Below are positions 36,828 through 45,481 of a stretch of 64,000 bases of DNA, in pieces. The position numbers and the translations under genes are program-made. Under the pieces are notes generated by a model that saw only the letters and a list, made by a program, of their open reading frames with translations, had not been told where the DNA came from and did not search any database. Every line of letters begins with the position of its first letter. The stretch's first letter is position 1. Origin of the DNA: an uncultured bacterium (GTDB lineage Bacteria > Acidobacteriota > Thermoanaerobaculia > Multivoradales > JAHZIX01); NCBI GenBank assembly GCA_965368975.1, contig CBDUPA010000004.1, forward strand, positions 96,001 to 160,000, written 5' to 3'.

Positions 36828-37595
36828 ATGAGCCAAACTTCCCGCTGGATTGCCTATCGTAAGCCCAATCCCCAGGCCCGATTGCGCCTGTTCTGTTTCC
36901 ACTATGCCGGTGGCGGTGCGTCCGTGTTTCGCACTTGGCAGAACGATCTGCCATCCGACATCGAGGTGTGCCCCGTGCAGTTGCCCGGCCGCGAGAGCCG
37001 CTTGCGCGAGCCCGCGTTCGTCCGTCTGGCGCCCATTCTCGACGAGCTGCCGGATGTCCTGCAGCCGCTGATGGACATGCCCTTCGCCTTCTTCGGCCAC
37101 AGCATGGGCGCCATTATTTCCTTCGAGCTGACCCTGCGTTTGCGGCAGCTCGGCCGCACGTTGCCGCTGATGCTGCTGCTCTCCGGCCGCCGTGCGCCGC
37201 ACTGCCGCGAGACCGACCCGCCGTTGCACGATCTGCCCGAAGCCGAGTTCAAGGCCGAACTGATGCGTCTGGAAGGCACACCGCAAGAGGTGCTGGAGCA
37301 TCCCGAACTGATGGAGTTGTTGCTGCCGCTCCTGCGGTCCGACTTCGCCGTCTGCGAGACGTACGAGCACGACGAATCCGCTGTTCTCGATCTGCCCATT
37401 TCCGCCTTCGGTGGCCTCGCCGACCACAAGGTCGACAAGGTGCACCTGGAAGGCTGGCAGAAGTACACCAAGGGCCCCTTCAAGCTGCGCATGTTCCAGG
37501 GCAACCACTTCTTCCTCAACGGCTCGGCGCGCCATGACCTGCTGCGCGGCGTCGCTCAGGACGTTCTGCCGCTGGTGCCGGAGACGGTCGCTTGA
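36828..37595 (+). CDS. Type II thioesterase (NRPS/PKS editing)
   Basis: LFCFHYAGGGAS; QLPGRE; GHSMG; LRSDF; GNHFF. Confidence 0.93.
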   Translation: MSQTSRWIAYRKPNPQARLRLFCFHYAGGGASVFRTWQNDLPSDIEVCPVQLPGRESRLREPAFVRLAPILDELPDVLQPLMDMPFAFFGHSMGAIISFELTLRLRQLGRTLPLMLLLSGRRAPHCRETDPPLHDLPEAEFKAELMRLEGTPQEVLEHPELMELLLPLLRSDFAVCETYEHDESAVLDLPISAFGGLADHKVDKVHLEGWQKYTKGPFKLRMFQGNHFFLNGSARHDLLRGVAQDVLPLVPETVA

Positions 37596-38419
37596 GTCCT
37601 CGGCCGCCGCAGACGTTGACCACCGACGGCAACGAGAGCTACCAGCCGGCGGATCGAGAACAGAGTTGCTGGCCGGTCGAGCCCGATCCGTCGGCTGTCG
37701 ACCTGACGCTGGGTCCCAGCGACATCCATATCTGGACCGTTCCCCTCGATCCGCCGCCGCACGTCGTTGCTCGTTTGCGTCAGCGTCTGGCCCCCGACGA
37801 ACTGCAGCGTGCCGACCGTTTCCGCTTCGACAAGCACCGCCGGCACTACACCGTCGGTCGTGGCGTCCTGCGTCGCCTGCTCGGTCTCTACCTCGGCCGC
37901 GGGCCGCAAGACGTGCACTTCCGTTACGGCGACAAGGACAAGCCCCATCTGGCGGACGATGCTGAGACCGGTCTGTACTTCAACCTGTCGAATTCCGAAG
38001 ACATGGCCCTCGTCGGTGTCACGCGTCACGGCGAGATCGGTGTCGATATCGAGCACCTGCGTCCCATGCCTGACGGCGAGCAGATCGCCGAGCGCTTCTT
38101 CTCGATCCCTGAGCGCGACGTCCTGCGTGGCGTGCCGGAAGACCAGAAACACCTCGCCTTCTTCAACTGCTGGACGCGCAAAGAGGCTTACATCAAAGCC
38201 GTCGGCGATGGTCTCTCCATGGCTCTCGACCGCTTCGACGTCACGCTGGCGCCAGGGGATCCGGCGAAGATGTTGAGCTGTGAAGGCTCGGCAGAGCAGG
38301 GAGCCGCCTGGTACCTGGAGCACCTGGAGCCCTGGCAGGGCTACGTAGGGGCGGTGTGTCTGCTGGGCAGTGGCTTCGAGCTGACCTGTCGTCAGTGGCC
38401 GGTCGACGGCGAGATCTAG
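37592..38419 (+). CDS. Sfp/HetI-type 4'-phosphopantetheinyl transferase
   Basis: KPHL; FNLSNS; IGVDIE; FFNCWTRKEAYIKAVG. Confidence 0.93.
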   Translation: MSPRPPQTLTTDGNESYQPADREQSCWPVEPDPSAVDLTLGPSDIHIWTVPLDPPPHVVARLRQRLAPDELQRADRFRFDKHRRHYTVGRGVLRRLLGLYLGRGPQDVHFRYGDKDKPHLADDAETGLYFNLSNSEDMALVGVTRHGEIGVDIEHLRPMPDGEQIAERFFSIPERDVLRGVPEDQKHLAFFNCWTRKEAYIKAVGDGLSMALDRFDVTLAPGDPAKMLSCEGSAEQGAAWYLEHLEPWQGYVGAVCLLGSGFELTCRQWPVDGEI

Positions 38420-38510
38420 TAGACAAGGTTCTTGCTGGGCGGAAGAGTGGCTCGATGTTCTGGGGGGATGGACATCGGCCGCTAGACAGGGTGCAGAACC
38501 CTTCTCTGGG

Positions 38511-38550
38511 TTGACAAAGATCTGTGTCGCCAGTAGATTTGTGATGCAAA
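38511..38550 (+). promoter_or_regulatory. sigma70 promoter with overlapping palindromic operator
   Basis: TTGACA-17 bp-TAGATT (38511-38539); TTTG-tgatg-CAAA (38538-38550), probably bound by the downstream winged-helix regulator (inference). Confidence 0.7.
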
Positions 38551-38574
38551 CTACTTGGTGAAACGGAGTCCGCT

Positions 38575-39174
38575 ATGAACACCTACATCGAAACTCCTCG
38601 TGACCGTATCTTCCGTGCCTACTGGCAGGATGGTTCCATCGACCTGTTCGCCGGGATAGGCCTGGCTCTCATCGGCATAGGCTGGCTGGCCGATCTCATC
38701 GCAATATCGGCGGTCTTTCCGGCGATTCTGGTGCCGCTCTGGGTCGCCTTCCGTTCCAAGCTCGTCGAGCCCCGGCTTGGGCATATCCGCTTCGATCAAC
38801 CGCGCCGCAGCCAGTTGCGCCGGGTGCACACAGGGCTGTTGATCGCGGGTTGCGTGATGCTCCTGCTGGGTATCGCCGTGTACCTGAAGTTCCGTGGACC
38901 GTTGGCCGTGGACCAGTGGTTGCGTGCGGTGGTACCTGCACTACCCGCGGTACTGGTGGGCTTCGGCGGTGTCCTGACGGGCTTCTTGATGGGGCTCCAC
39001 AGGTTCGCTCGGTACGGCATAGCCTGCATCGCCGCGGGCTTGATCGTGGCACTACTGCAAGTTGATCCTGGTTGGTCTCTGCTCGCCGGAGGCTGCGTGG
39101 CTTTGATCTCGGGTGCACTGCTCCTGAGGGCCTTCTTTCGGGACTTCCCGCTCCTACCCGGTGAGCTGGAGTAG
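38575..39174 (+). CDS. Hypothetical multi-pass membrane protein
   Basis: About 6 hydrophobic helices; YWQDGSIDL and VEPRLGHIRF motifs; co-transcribed with the wHTH gene. Confidence 0.75.
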   Translation: MNTYIETPRDRIFRAYWQDGSIDLFAGIGLALIGIGWLADLIAISAVFPAILVPLWVAFRSKLVEPRLGHIRFDQPRRSQLRRVHTGLLIAGCVMLLLGIAVYLKFRGPLAVDQWLRAVVPALPAVLVGFGGVLTGFLMGLHRFARYGIACIAAGLIVALLQVDPGWSLLAGGCVALISGALLLRAFFRDFPLLPGELE

Positions 39175-39176
39175 CC

Positions 39177-39512
39177 ATGCGAGCCTTGCAGTTCGACGCC
39201 AAGGCGGTCGCCTCGCTGGATCGTGTACTGCACGAGCCAGCGAGGCTCAGTGTCGTGGCTTGTTTGGCTCTGGTTGACGAGGCCGACTTCGTCTTCCTGC
39301 AGTCCCAGACCGGCATGACCGGCGGCAATCTCTCGTCTCACGTCAAGAAGCTGGAGAAGGCTGGATATGTCTCCATCAGCAAGGAGTTCCAGGGATCCAG
39401 GCCAAGGACTTCGCTCCAGCTCACTGCGGCAGGGCGAACCGCGTTTGCCGCCTACCTGAAGTCGATGCAGGCACTGCTTGCAGTGCTGAACGGAAAGGAG
39501 AGTGTGCAGTGA
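39177..39512 (+). CDS. Winged-helix (ArsR/MarR-like, HTH_34) transcriptional regulator
   Basis: LDRVLHEPARL...ADFVFL...TGGNLSSHVKKLEKAGYV..K.F...PRT...LT..GR.AF..Y. Confidence 0.9.
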   Translation: MRALQFDAKAVASLDRVLHEPARLSVVACLALVDEADFVFLQSQTGMTGGNLSSHVKKLEKAGYVSISKEFQGSRPRTSLQLTAAGRTAFAAYLKSMQALLAVLNGKESVQ

Positions 39513-39733
39513 AGAATGCCGAAGACAAAAACCACGTTACGCGCACTAGGAAGGTCGGAGATCAGGTCGCCCTGGCAGTGCTATTTTTCTTCTTTGCCAT
39601 GGGTGCGTTTGCGATGAACCCGAAGGGTTGGGGACCCTTCGATTGGCTGGCGGTCAGCGCGTTCTCGCTTCTCGGGATCTGGCTGCTGGTGCGTGCTCGT
39701 CTGCAGTATCTGGACGAGCGACGGACTGGTTGA
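39509..39733 (+). CDS. Small two-TM membrane protein
   Basis: GTGA overlap, SD GGAG, two hydrophobic segments. Confidence 0.55.
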   Translation: MKNAEDKNHVTRTRKVGDQVALAVLFFFFAMGAFAMNPKGWGPFDWLAVSAFSLLGIWLLVRARLQYLDERRTG

Positions 39734-39744
39734 GCTGAATCGAC

Positions 39745-41715
39745 CTACAAGTATCCCAATGACCGCAACTGCTCCAGGTCTTCCTCACTCAGATCCGCCG
39801 GCAAGGCCTGGACGCCCTGGCGGTGCTGCTGCAGCCAGCGTTGCAGCAGTTCGTGTAGCTCTTGCTCGACGTCCAGTCCTGTCCCCGCCAGGTTCTCGGC
39901 TTCCTCGGGATCTGCGCGCAAATCGAAGAGGAACGCGCCTTCCGGGTGCAGCTTGTTGCCGTAGCTGAGCATGTAGGCGTGATCCCGTGTCCGCACACGC
40001 ACGCCTTGACGGTGTGCATGCTCGCTGAAGGCGTAGCGACGGCCGTTGCGTCCCTCGCCGGTCAGCTCGCGCAGGTCGGTGCCGTCGCTCTCGGGGGCTT
40101 CCAGGCCGGCTGCGTGGAGCAGGGTGGGGAAGAGGTCGACGCTTTGGACGAGGCCCTCTAGACGCCTTCCGCGTTGGCCGTCAGCAGCCTGCTGCAGCAA
40201 CTTCTGCGGCCAGCGCACCATCAGGGGGACGTGCAGCGTGGTCTCGTACAAGCCCGTGTGTCGGTAGTAGAGGCCGGGTCGATGCTCCTCCAGGTTCTCA
40301 CCGTGATCGGCCACGAAGGCGACGATGGTGTTCTCCAGCAGGCCGCGGCTGCGCAGGAAGTCGAAGAGGCGGCCGAGCTGGTGGTCCATGTAGGCGACCT
40401 CGCCTGGGTAGAGCTGGTAGCTGGCGGCCAGGGAACGGTGTCGGTAGGGCTCACCGCCGGGAGAACGGTAGTAGAGCCAGCCCTGGGACGGTGTCAGGCC
40501 GGTGTCTTCTTCGTGCGCGAAGCCGAAGGCGTACGGGGCCGGCGGAGTGTGGGGAGTGTGCGCGTCGAAGAGGTGGAGCCAGGCGAAGAAAGGCTTGTCG
40601 CGGGCGGCGATCCAATCCATCGTCATGTCGACGCCGATCTCGGCGGTGAAGTGACGGCCGGTCAGGGCGACTTCGTCGAAGCCCTGGCCCAGGCCGGAGT
40701 TCTGCGGTCCCAGGTGCCGAGCGGCGATGACGGCGAGCGTCTCGTAGCCCGCGCCCTTGTACAACTCGGCGAGCGTCGCGTGCTCCTCGGGCAGCGGCGT
40801 GCCCAGGTTGTAGACGCCATGGTTCTTGCCGTAGAGGCCGCTCATCAGCGACGCGAAGCTGGGATTGGTGACGTTGAAGGGCGAGACCGCATGCAGCCAG
40901 ACGTCGCTTTCCGACGCCAGCCGGTCGAGCGCGGGGGTCACGCTGACGCCGCCGGTGTCGCGTGCGCCATAGGCCCCGAGTGAGCGCGCGCGTAGCGTGT
41001 CGGCGCCGATCAGCAGCACGTTCGGGTGGGCGAGTGTCGGTGGCGCTGCCGGCTTGCGGCTGTAGACCGCCGGGCTACCCCACAGGGTCCGCAGGCGGAC
41101 GTCCTCAATGCCGGGCGGCAGGTCGACCTGGAGCAGCAACTCGACGGTCGTGCCGGCGTAGGCGCCGAGGTCGACGATGATCGGCGCCGGTCCCGGCGGC
41201 ATCAGGCGTGCCGTGTCGTTGTGCAACTCGGCGAGCTCGCCGCCGACGGTGCGTACGCCGACACGGTAGATGCAGGGCTCGCGGTCTTTCTCGTTGCGCA
41301 GGGGGATGAAGGAGAGGTAGGGCTCTTGCCCCAACTCCACCTGCCAGCGCAGGCGTGAGCCCGCCATCTGGCGCAGGGCTCGGATTTCGCTGGCCGGTAG
41401 CGTCGGCACAGACTCGAGCTGTACCGCGCTCAGCCGCTGTACGTTGCGTACTTCGGCCGGCCCCAGGTAGACCATCTCCCGTTCGGACAGCTTCTGGTAG
41501 CCGGCGTAGCTCGGCTTGATCTCGATCTCTGGTGGTTGTACCCACAGGTCGAAACGGTGCCAGGCGTCGTCAGCCACTCCCGGAGCCCAGTTGCTCGGGG
41601 TGCTGCCGGTTGGCGTGCCAGTGCTCGGAGTTTCGGTGCACGCGGTGAGCAGCGTCAGGAGCAGGGTGAGCGGGATGAGGGCGAACAGGTTGCGGCGGAG
41701 AGCATCGGCGTACAT
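39745..41715 (-). CDS. Sulfatase/alkaline-phosphatase-superfamily lipoprotein with Thr at the nucleophile position
   Basis: LTAC lipobox; PNVLLIGADTLRA; TPALDRLA; TNPSF in place of C/SxPxR; HLFDAHTPH; ADHGE; C-terminal LRSLGYL. Confidence 0.85.
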   Translation of the reverse strand: MYADALRRNLFALIPLTLLLTLLTACTETPSTGTPTGSTPSNWAPGVADDAWHRFDLWVQPPEIEIKPSYAGYQKLSEREMVYLGPAEVRNVQRLSAVQLESVPTLPASEIRALRQMAGSRLRWQVELGQEPYLSFIPLRNEKDREPCIYRVGVRTVGGELAELHNDTARLMPPGPAPIIVDLGAYAGTTVELLLQVDLPPGIEDVRLRTLWGSPAVYSRKPAAPPTLAHPNVLLIGADTLRARSLGAYGARDTGGVSVTPALDRLASESDVWLHAVSPFNVTNPSFASLMSGLYGKNHGVYNLGTPLPEEHATLAELYKGAGYETLAVIAARHLGPQNSGLGQGFDEVALTGRHFTAEIGVDMTMDWIAARDKPFFAWLHLFDAHTPHTPPAPYAFGFAHEEDTGLTPSQGWLYYRSPGGEPYRHRSLAASYQLYPGEVAYMDHQLGRLFDFLRSRGLLENTIVAFVADHGENLEEHRPGLYYRHTGLYETTLHVPLMVRWPQKLLQQAADGQRGRRLEGLVQSVDLFPTLLHAAGLEAPESDGTDLRELTGEGRNGRRYAFSEHAHRQGVRVRTRDHAYMLSYGNKLHPEGAFLFDLRADPEEAENLAGTGLDVEQELHELLQRWLQQHRQGVQALPADLSEEDLEQLRSLGYL

Positions 41716-41757
41716 GGCGGCAGACTTTACCAACTTTCCACGCGCGTCCGGGAGATC

Positions 41758-43896
41758 TCAGGGGGCTGCCGCGCCGCTCAGCTGCTGCCGGACTTGCCTG
41801 GCGACTTCAGGAGCACGTCGTTCGAGCTCGCGCAGCTCTCTGCTGGCGTCCTGCGCTTGACCACTCGATGCCAGCGCCAGCACCAGCAATGCCCGGGCTC
41901 GCGCGTCCGTGGCATCGGCCTGCACTGCTGCACGGAAGGCTTCGACCGCCTCGTTCAGGCGCCCCTGCGAGGCCAGCAGACTGCCCAGATTTCGTTGCAC
42001 CGTGGCCACCTGGGCGCGTTGTTGGGCAGCTTGCTGGCGTTCTACGTGGTTCAGCCAAGCCAGAGCTCGACGGTAGCTCTCTTCCGCTTCGCCAAGACGT
42101 CCGGCCTGCGCCTGGCCGTTGGCCAGGTCTCCCCAATAGCTGCCGATGGTGACCGCGTCGGGAAACGCCGCTGCCGCGGCGAGCGTTGCCGCCCGTTCGA
42201 AGTACGGCAACGCTTCGCTGCCGCGCCCCGCTCCTACCAGGGTCAAGGCCAGGTTGTGCTGGATCTCGGCGTTCCCTGGGGCAGTGCCTGGGGAGAGGTC
42301 GAGCGCTCGCTGGTAGGCTCGGAGGGCTTCGTCGACGCGCCCGAGATCCCCCAGGACGTTGGCCTGGTTGACTTGCGCTTCCGCATCCCTCGGGTTGAAG
42401 CGGGCCGCATCCCGGAAGTGTCCGAGTGCGTCCTGCAAGCGGCCTTGCCGCTGCGCCACGATACCCAGGTTGTTGTGTGCCCGCGCGAAGTTCGGCCGGA
42501 TGCGCACGGCCTCCTGGAAGTACGGCAACGCGTCGCTCACCCGTCCGTCTTTGAGCAGAGTGATGCCGACGATGTTCTGCATGTGATGGTTGGGGCCGGT
42601 GACGTCGAGCGTGTGCTCGAAGAGCGTCAGGCTGGTCTGCCAGCGGCGCACCTGGTGCCAAGTGAGAACGATCAGGGAAATCAGCACAAGGCCAACGGCG
42701 GCGGTCGCCAGGCGCTGCCCCAGTGCCTTGCTCTGAGCCGGTCGCGCAGCCAGGAAGGCGTCGGCGCCCCACACCAGGAGGAGGAACAGGCCGGTGTAGG
42801 GAAGGTAGGTGTAGCGATCCGCCATCGCTTGCACCCCCACCTGCACCAAGCCGAGCACCGGCACCAACATGCCGGCGAACCACAGCAGCCCGACGAGCAC
42901 GAACGGATCGCGTCCGCCGAGACGCCAGGCGGCGAAGGTCAGCCCGCCGAGAACCACCAAGGACGCGAGCAAGGCGGCGACGGACGGCAGCCCAGGATGG
43001 GGATAGAGCACGCCCAGGTCGATCGGCCACAGCAGCTTGCCCACATACGCCGCCAGCGCCACGGCGCTATTGGCCAGCCGCGCCAGGAACGGTAGTTGCT
43101 CCAGATCCGAGACCGCCCCTCCCGCTTGCTGGACCCGGTAGGTGACGGCACTCGAGATCGCCACCATGAGAAACAGAGGTGCCTTCTCCCACCAAAGCGG
43201 GCGTGCCGTGAACAGCGCTCGCAGCCGTTGCCAAGCCGAGACGGCGTCGCCCTTCCTTTGCGGGAGCGGAACGCGGTGCAGCGGCCAGATGTCGAGTAGC
43301 AGCAGGACGAACGGCAGCGTAACCAGCATTGGCTTGCTCAGCAGGCCGAGCGCGAAGGCGGTCGTGAGAGTGAGGTAGCGCCGCGTCGACGGCCGCTCGA
43401 CGTAGGCGGCATAGGCCCACAGCGTCAGGCCAAAGAAGAGGCCGCTGAGGACGTCCTTGCGCTCTGAGATCCAGGCCACGGACTCGACGTGTGCCGGGTG
43501 TAGGGCGAACAGTGCGGCAACCAGGAGGCTGAGGTCGAAGCGGCCGCTGAGGCGCGCGAGGGCGAGCAGCAGAGCCAGCGTTGCGGCGAGGTGCAGCATC
43601 AGGTTGGTGACGTGGTGATCACCAGGGTCGAGGCCGTAGAGCTCGATGTCGAGCATGTGACTGAGCCAGGTCAGGGGATGCCAGTTGCTGGCATGGCCGG
43701 TGGTGAAGGCCCAGGCGATGCCGTCCCAAGTCAGGCCCTGCTGGACGTGGGGGTTGTCCTCGACGTACAGCGGATCGTCGTAGTTGACGAAGTCGTGATG
43801 GTGCACCGGTGCGTAGACCAGCGCCGTGATCGCGAGCAGGACGAGCGTCAGGACGATGTGGGTAGTGCGGGATTGGCTTGTACTGGATTGGGACAT
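41758..43896 (-). CDS. TMTC-like GT-C membrane glycosyltransferase with C-terminal TPRs
   Basis: NYDDPLYV; NWHPLTWLS; HPAHVESVAWISERKDVL; SKP; ADRYTYLP; about 11 TM helices followed by TPRs. Confidence 0.85.
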   Translation of the reverse strand: MSQSSTSQSRTTHIVLTLVLLAITALVYAPVHHHDFVNYDDPLYVEDNPHVQQGLTWDGIAWAFTTGHASNWHPLTWLSHMLDIELYGLDPGDHHVTNLMLHLAATLALLLALARLSGRFDLSLLVAALFALHPAHVESVAWISERKDVLSGLFFGLTLWAYAAYVERPSTRRYLTLTTAFALGLLSKPMLVTLPFVLLLLDIWPLHRVPLPQRKGDAVSAWQRLRALFTARPLWWEKAPLFLMVAISSAVTYRVQQAGGAVSDLEQLPFLARLANSAVALAAYVGKLLWPIDLGVLYPHPGLPSVAALLASLVVLGGLTFAAWRLGGRDPFVLVGLLWFAGMLVPVLGLVQVGVQAMADRYTYLPYTGLFLLLVWGADAFLAARPAQSKALGQRLATAAVGLVLISLIVLTWHQVRRWQTSLTLFEHTLDVTGPNHHMQNIVGITLLKDGRVSDALPYFQEAVRIRPNFARAHNNLGIVAQRQGRLQDALGHFRDAARFNPRDAEAQVNQANVLGDLGRVDEALRAYQRALDLSPGTAPGNAEIQHNLALTLVGAGRGSEALPYFERAATLAAAAAFPDAVTIGSYWGDLANGQAQAGRLGEAEESYRRALAWLNHVERQQAAQQRAQVATVQRNLGSLLASQGRLNEAVEAFRAAVQADATDARARALLVLALASSGQAQDASRELRELERRAPEVARQVRQQLSGAAAP

Positions 43897-43934
43897 GCTG
43901 AAAGCGAGGATATCTCAGTGCTACCATCCTGCTC

Positions 43935-44630
43935 ATGCCCCACGTCGACGAAGGCGTCATCAAATTCCACGCTGACCACCGCGACGCCCCCCTGGACGCG
44001 CGCCGCTACGCGGATACCGCCTGCCGATTGATCGCCTGGCGGGAGATCCTTGGTCGTACCGGCCTGGTGGGGCAGGAAGAGGGGCGCTATGGTGGTTTCG
44101 GCTATGGCAACGTGAGCGCTCGCGTCGGTCCACCCTCCGCGGCGCGTGGCCGGCGCTCGTTTCTCATCACGGGTACCCAAACCTCGGGCAAGCAGTGTGT
44201 ATCTCTGGCTGACCTGTGTGTGGTCGAACGTTTTGACGTCGAGCGCAACAGCGTCGACAGTCACGGCCAGACGTTGCCGTCGTCCGAGTCCATGACGCAC
44301 GGTGCGGTCTACGACCTGGGGAGCCACATTCGCTTCGTCTTCCACGCTCACAGCCCGGTGATCTGGACGCAGGCGCCGCGGCTGCGCATCCCAACGTCGG
44401 ACCCGCGGGTGCCGTACGGGACGCAGGAGATGGCGCGCGAGGTCCACCGATTGTATCGGTCGACCGCCCTGCCGGAGGTGCAGATTCTGGCCATGGGCGG
44501 ACACGAGGACGGGGTGATCGTCTTTGGACGCACCGCGGAGGAGGCGGGGGAAGTCCTGGTGCGCTACCTGGCGCGCGCGTACGAAGCGCGCTGCAGCGCG
44601 GCGGGCGCGGCATTCTGTTCGATGTCCTAG
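43935..44630 (+). CDS. Class II aldolase/adducin family protein
   Basis: GNVSAR; PSSESMTHGAVY; HAH; GHEDG. Confidence 0.85.
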   Translation: MPHVDEGVIKFHADHRDAPLDARRYADTACRLIAWREILGRTGLVGQEEGRYGGFGYGNVSARVGPPSAARGRRSFLITGTQTSGKQCVSLADLCVVERFDVERNSVDSHGQTLPSSESMTHGAVYDLGSHIRFVFHAHSPVIWTQAPRLRIPTSDPRVPYGTQEMAREVHRLYRSTALPEVQILAMGGHEDGVIVFGRTAEEAGEVLVRYLARAYEARCSAAGAAFCSMS

Positions 44631-44671
44631 TCGTCCCCTGATGCCGAAGACCGGCTGAACCCAAGACCGGG

Positions 44672-44677
44672 TACAAT
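44672..44677 (+). promoter_or_regulatory. -10 element of a probably leaderless pilD transcript
   Basis: TACAAT lies 6 nt before GTG 44684; no SD. Confidence 0.55.
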
Positions 44678-44683
44678 CTCCGC

Positions 44684-45481
44684 GTGACTGTGCAAACGCT
44701 CTTTCTGCTCTACGCCGCCGCTCTCGGATTGATCGTGGGCAGCTACCTCAATGTGGTGATCCACCGGCTGCCGCGCCGCGAGTCGACGGTGACCCCGCGG
44801 TCGCGGTGTCCGCACTGCAGCACCTTGATCCGGGCTCGCGACAATGTGCCGGTGCTGAGCTTCCTACTGCTCGGTGGCCGTTGCCGCGACTGCCGCAGCC
44901 CGATCAGCTGGCGCTATCCGCTGATCGAGCTGCTGACCTCGGTGTGCTTCGTACTCAGCTTCCAGCTCTACGGCTTCACCGCCGGGGGGCTCGTCGCGGC
45001 GGTGTTCTGTGCGTTGATGATCGTGCTCGCCGGTATCGACATCGACCACCTGATCCTGCCTGACCGCCTGACGCTGCCCGGCATCGTCGTCGGGCTCACG
45101 CTGCACGCCTGGCAGCCGTCCTGGCTGCCCTGGGCAACGCTGCGGGAGGCGATCTGGGGAGCTGTGCTCGGTGGCGGCGTGCTGCTGGCGATGAGCGGGC
45201 TCTGGCTCTTGCTGCGCCGGGTCGAGGGGATGGGGCTGGGGGACGTCAAGATGCTGGCCATGATCGGTGCCTTTCTGGGTTGGAAGGGGGTGCTGGTGAG
45301 CCTCTTCCTGGCCGCGCTGTCGGGGACGTTGCGGGCCTTGCCGTCGTTGCTCAGCGGCGGCCTGCGGCCGATGCACCGTTTGGCCTTCGGACCGTTCCTG
45401 GCTTTTGGTGCCGTCATTGCCCTGCTCACCGGCGGGGGAGGTTTGCTCGATGCCTACGCCCGCATCCTTCAGTGGCCGTAA
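44684..45481 (+). CDS. pilD: Prepilin peptidase / N-methyltransferase
   Basis: GSYLNVVIHRLP; two CxxC motifs; IDIDHLILPD; GMGLGDVK; FGPFL. Confidence 0.95.
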   Translation: MTVQTLFLLYAAALGLIVGSYLNVVIHRLPRRESTVTPRSRCPHCSTLIRARDNVPVLSFLLLGGRCRDCRSPISWRYPLIELLTSVCFVLSFQLYGFTAGGLVAAVFCALMIVLAGIDIDHLILPDRLTLPGIVVGLTLHAWQPSWLPWATLREAIWGAVLGGGVLLAMSGLWLLLRRVEGMGLGDVKMLAMIGAFLGWKGVLVSLFLAALSGTLRALPSLLSGGLRPMHRLAFGPFLAFGAVIALLTGGGGLLDAYARILQWP

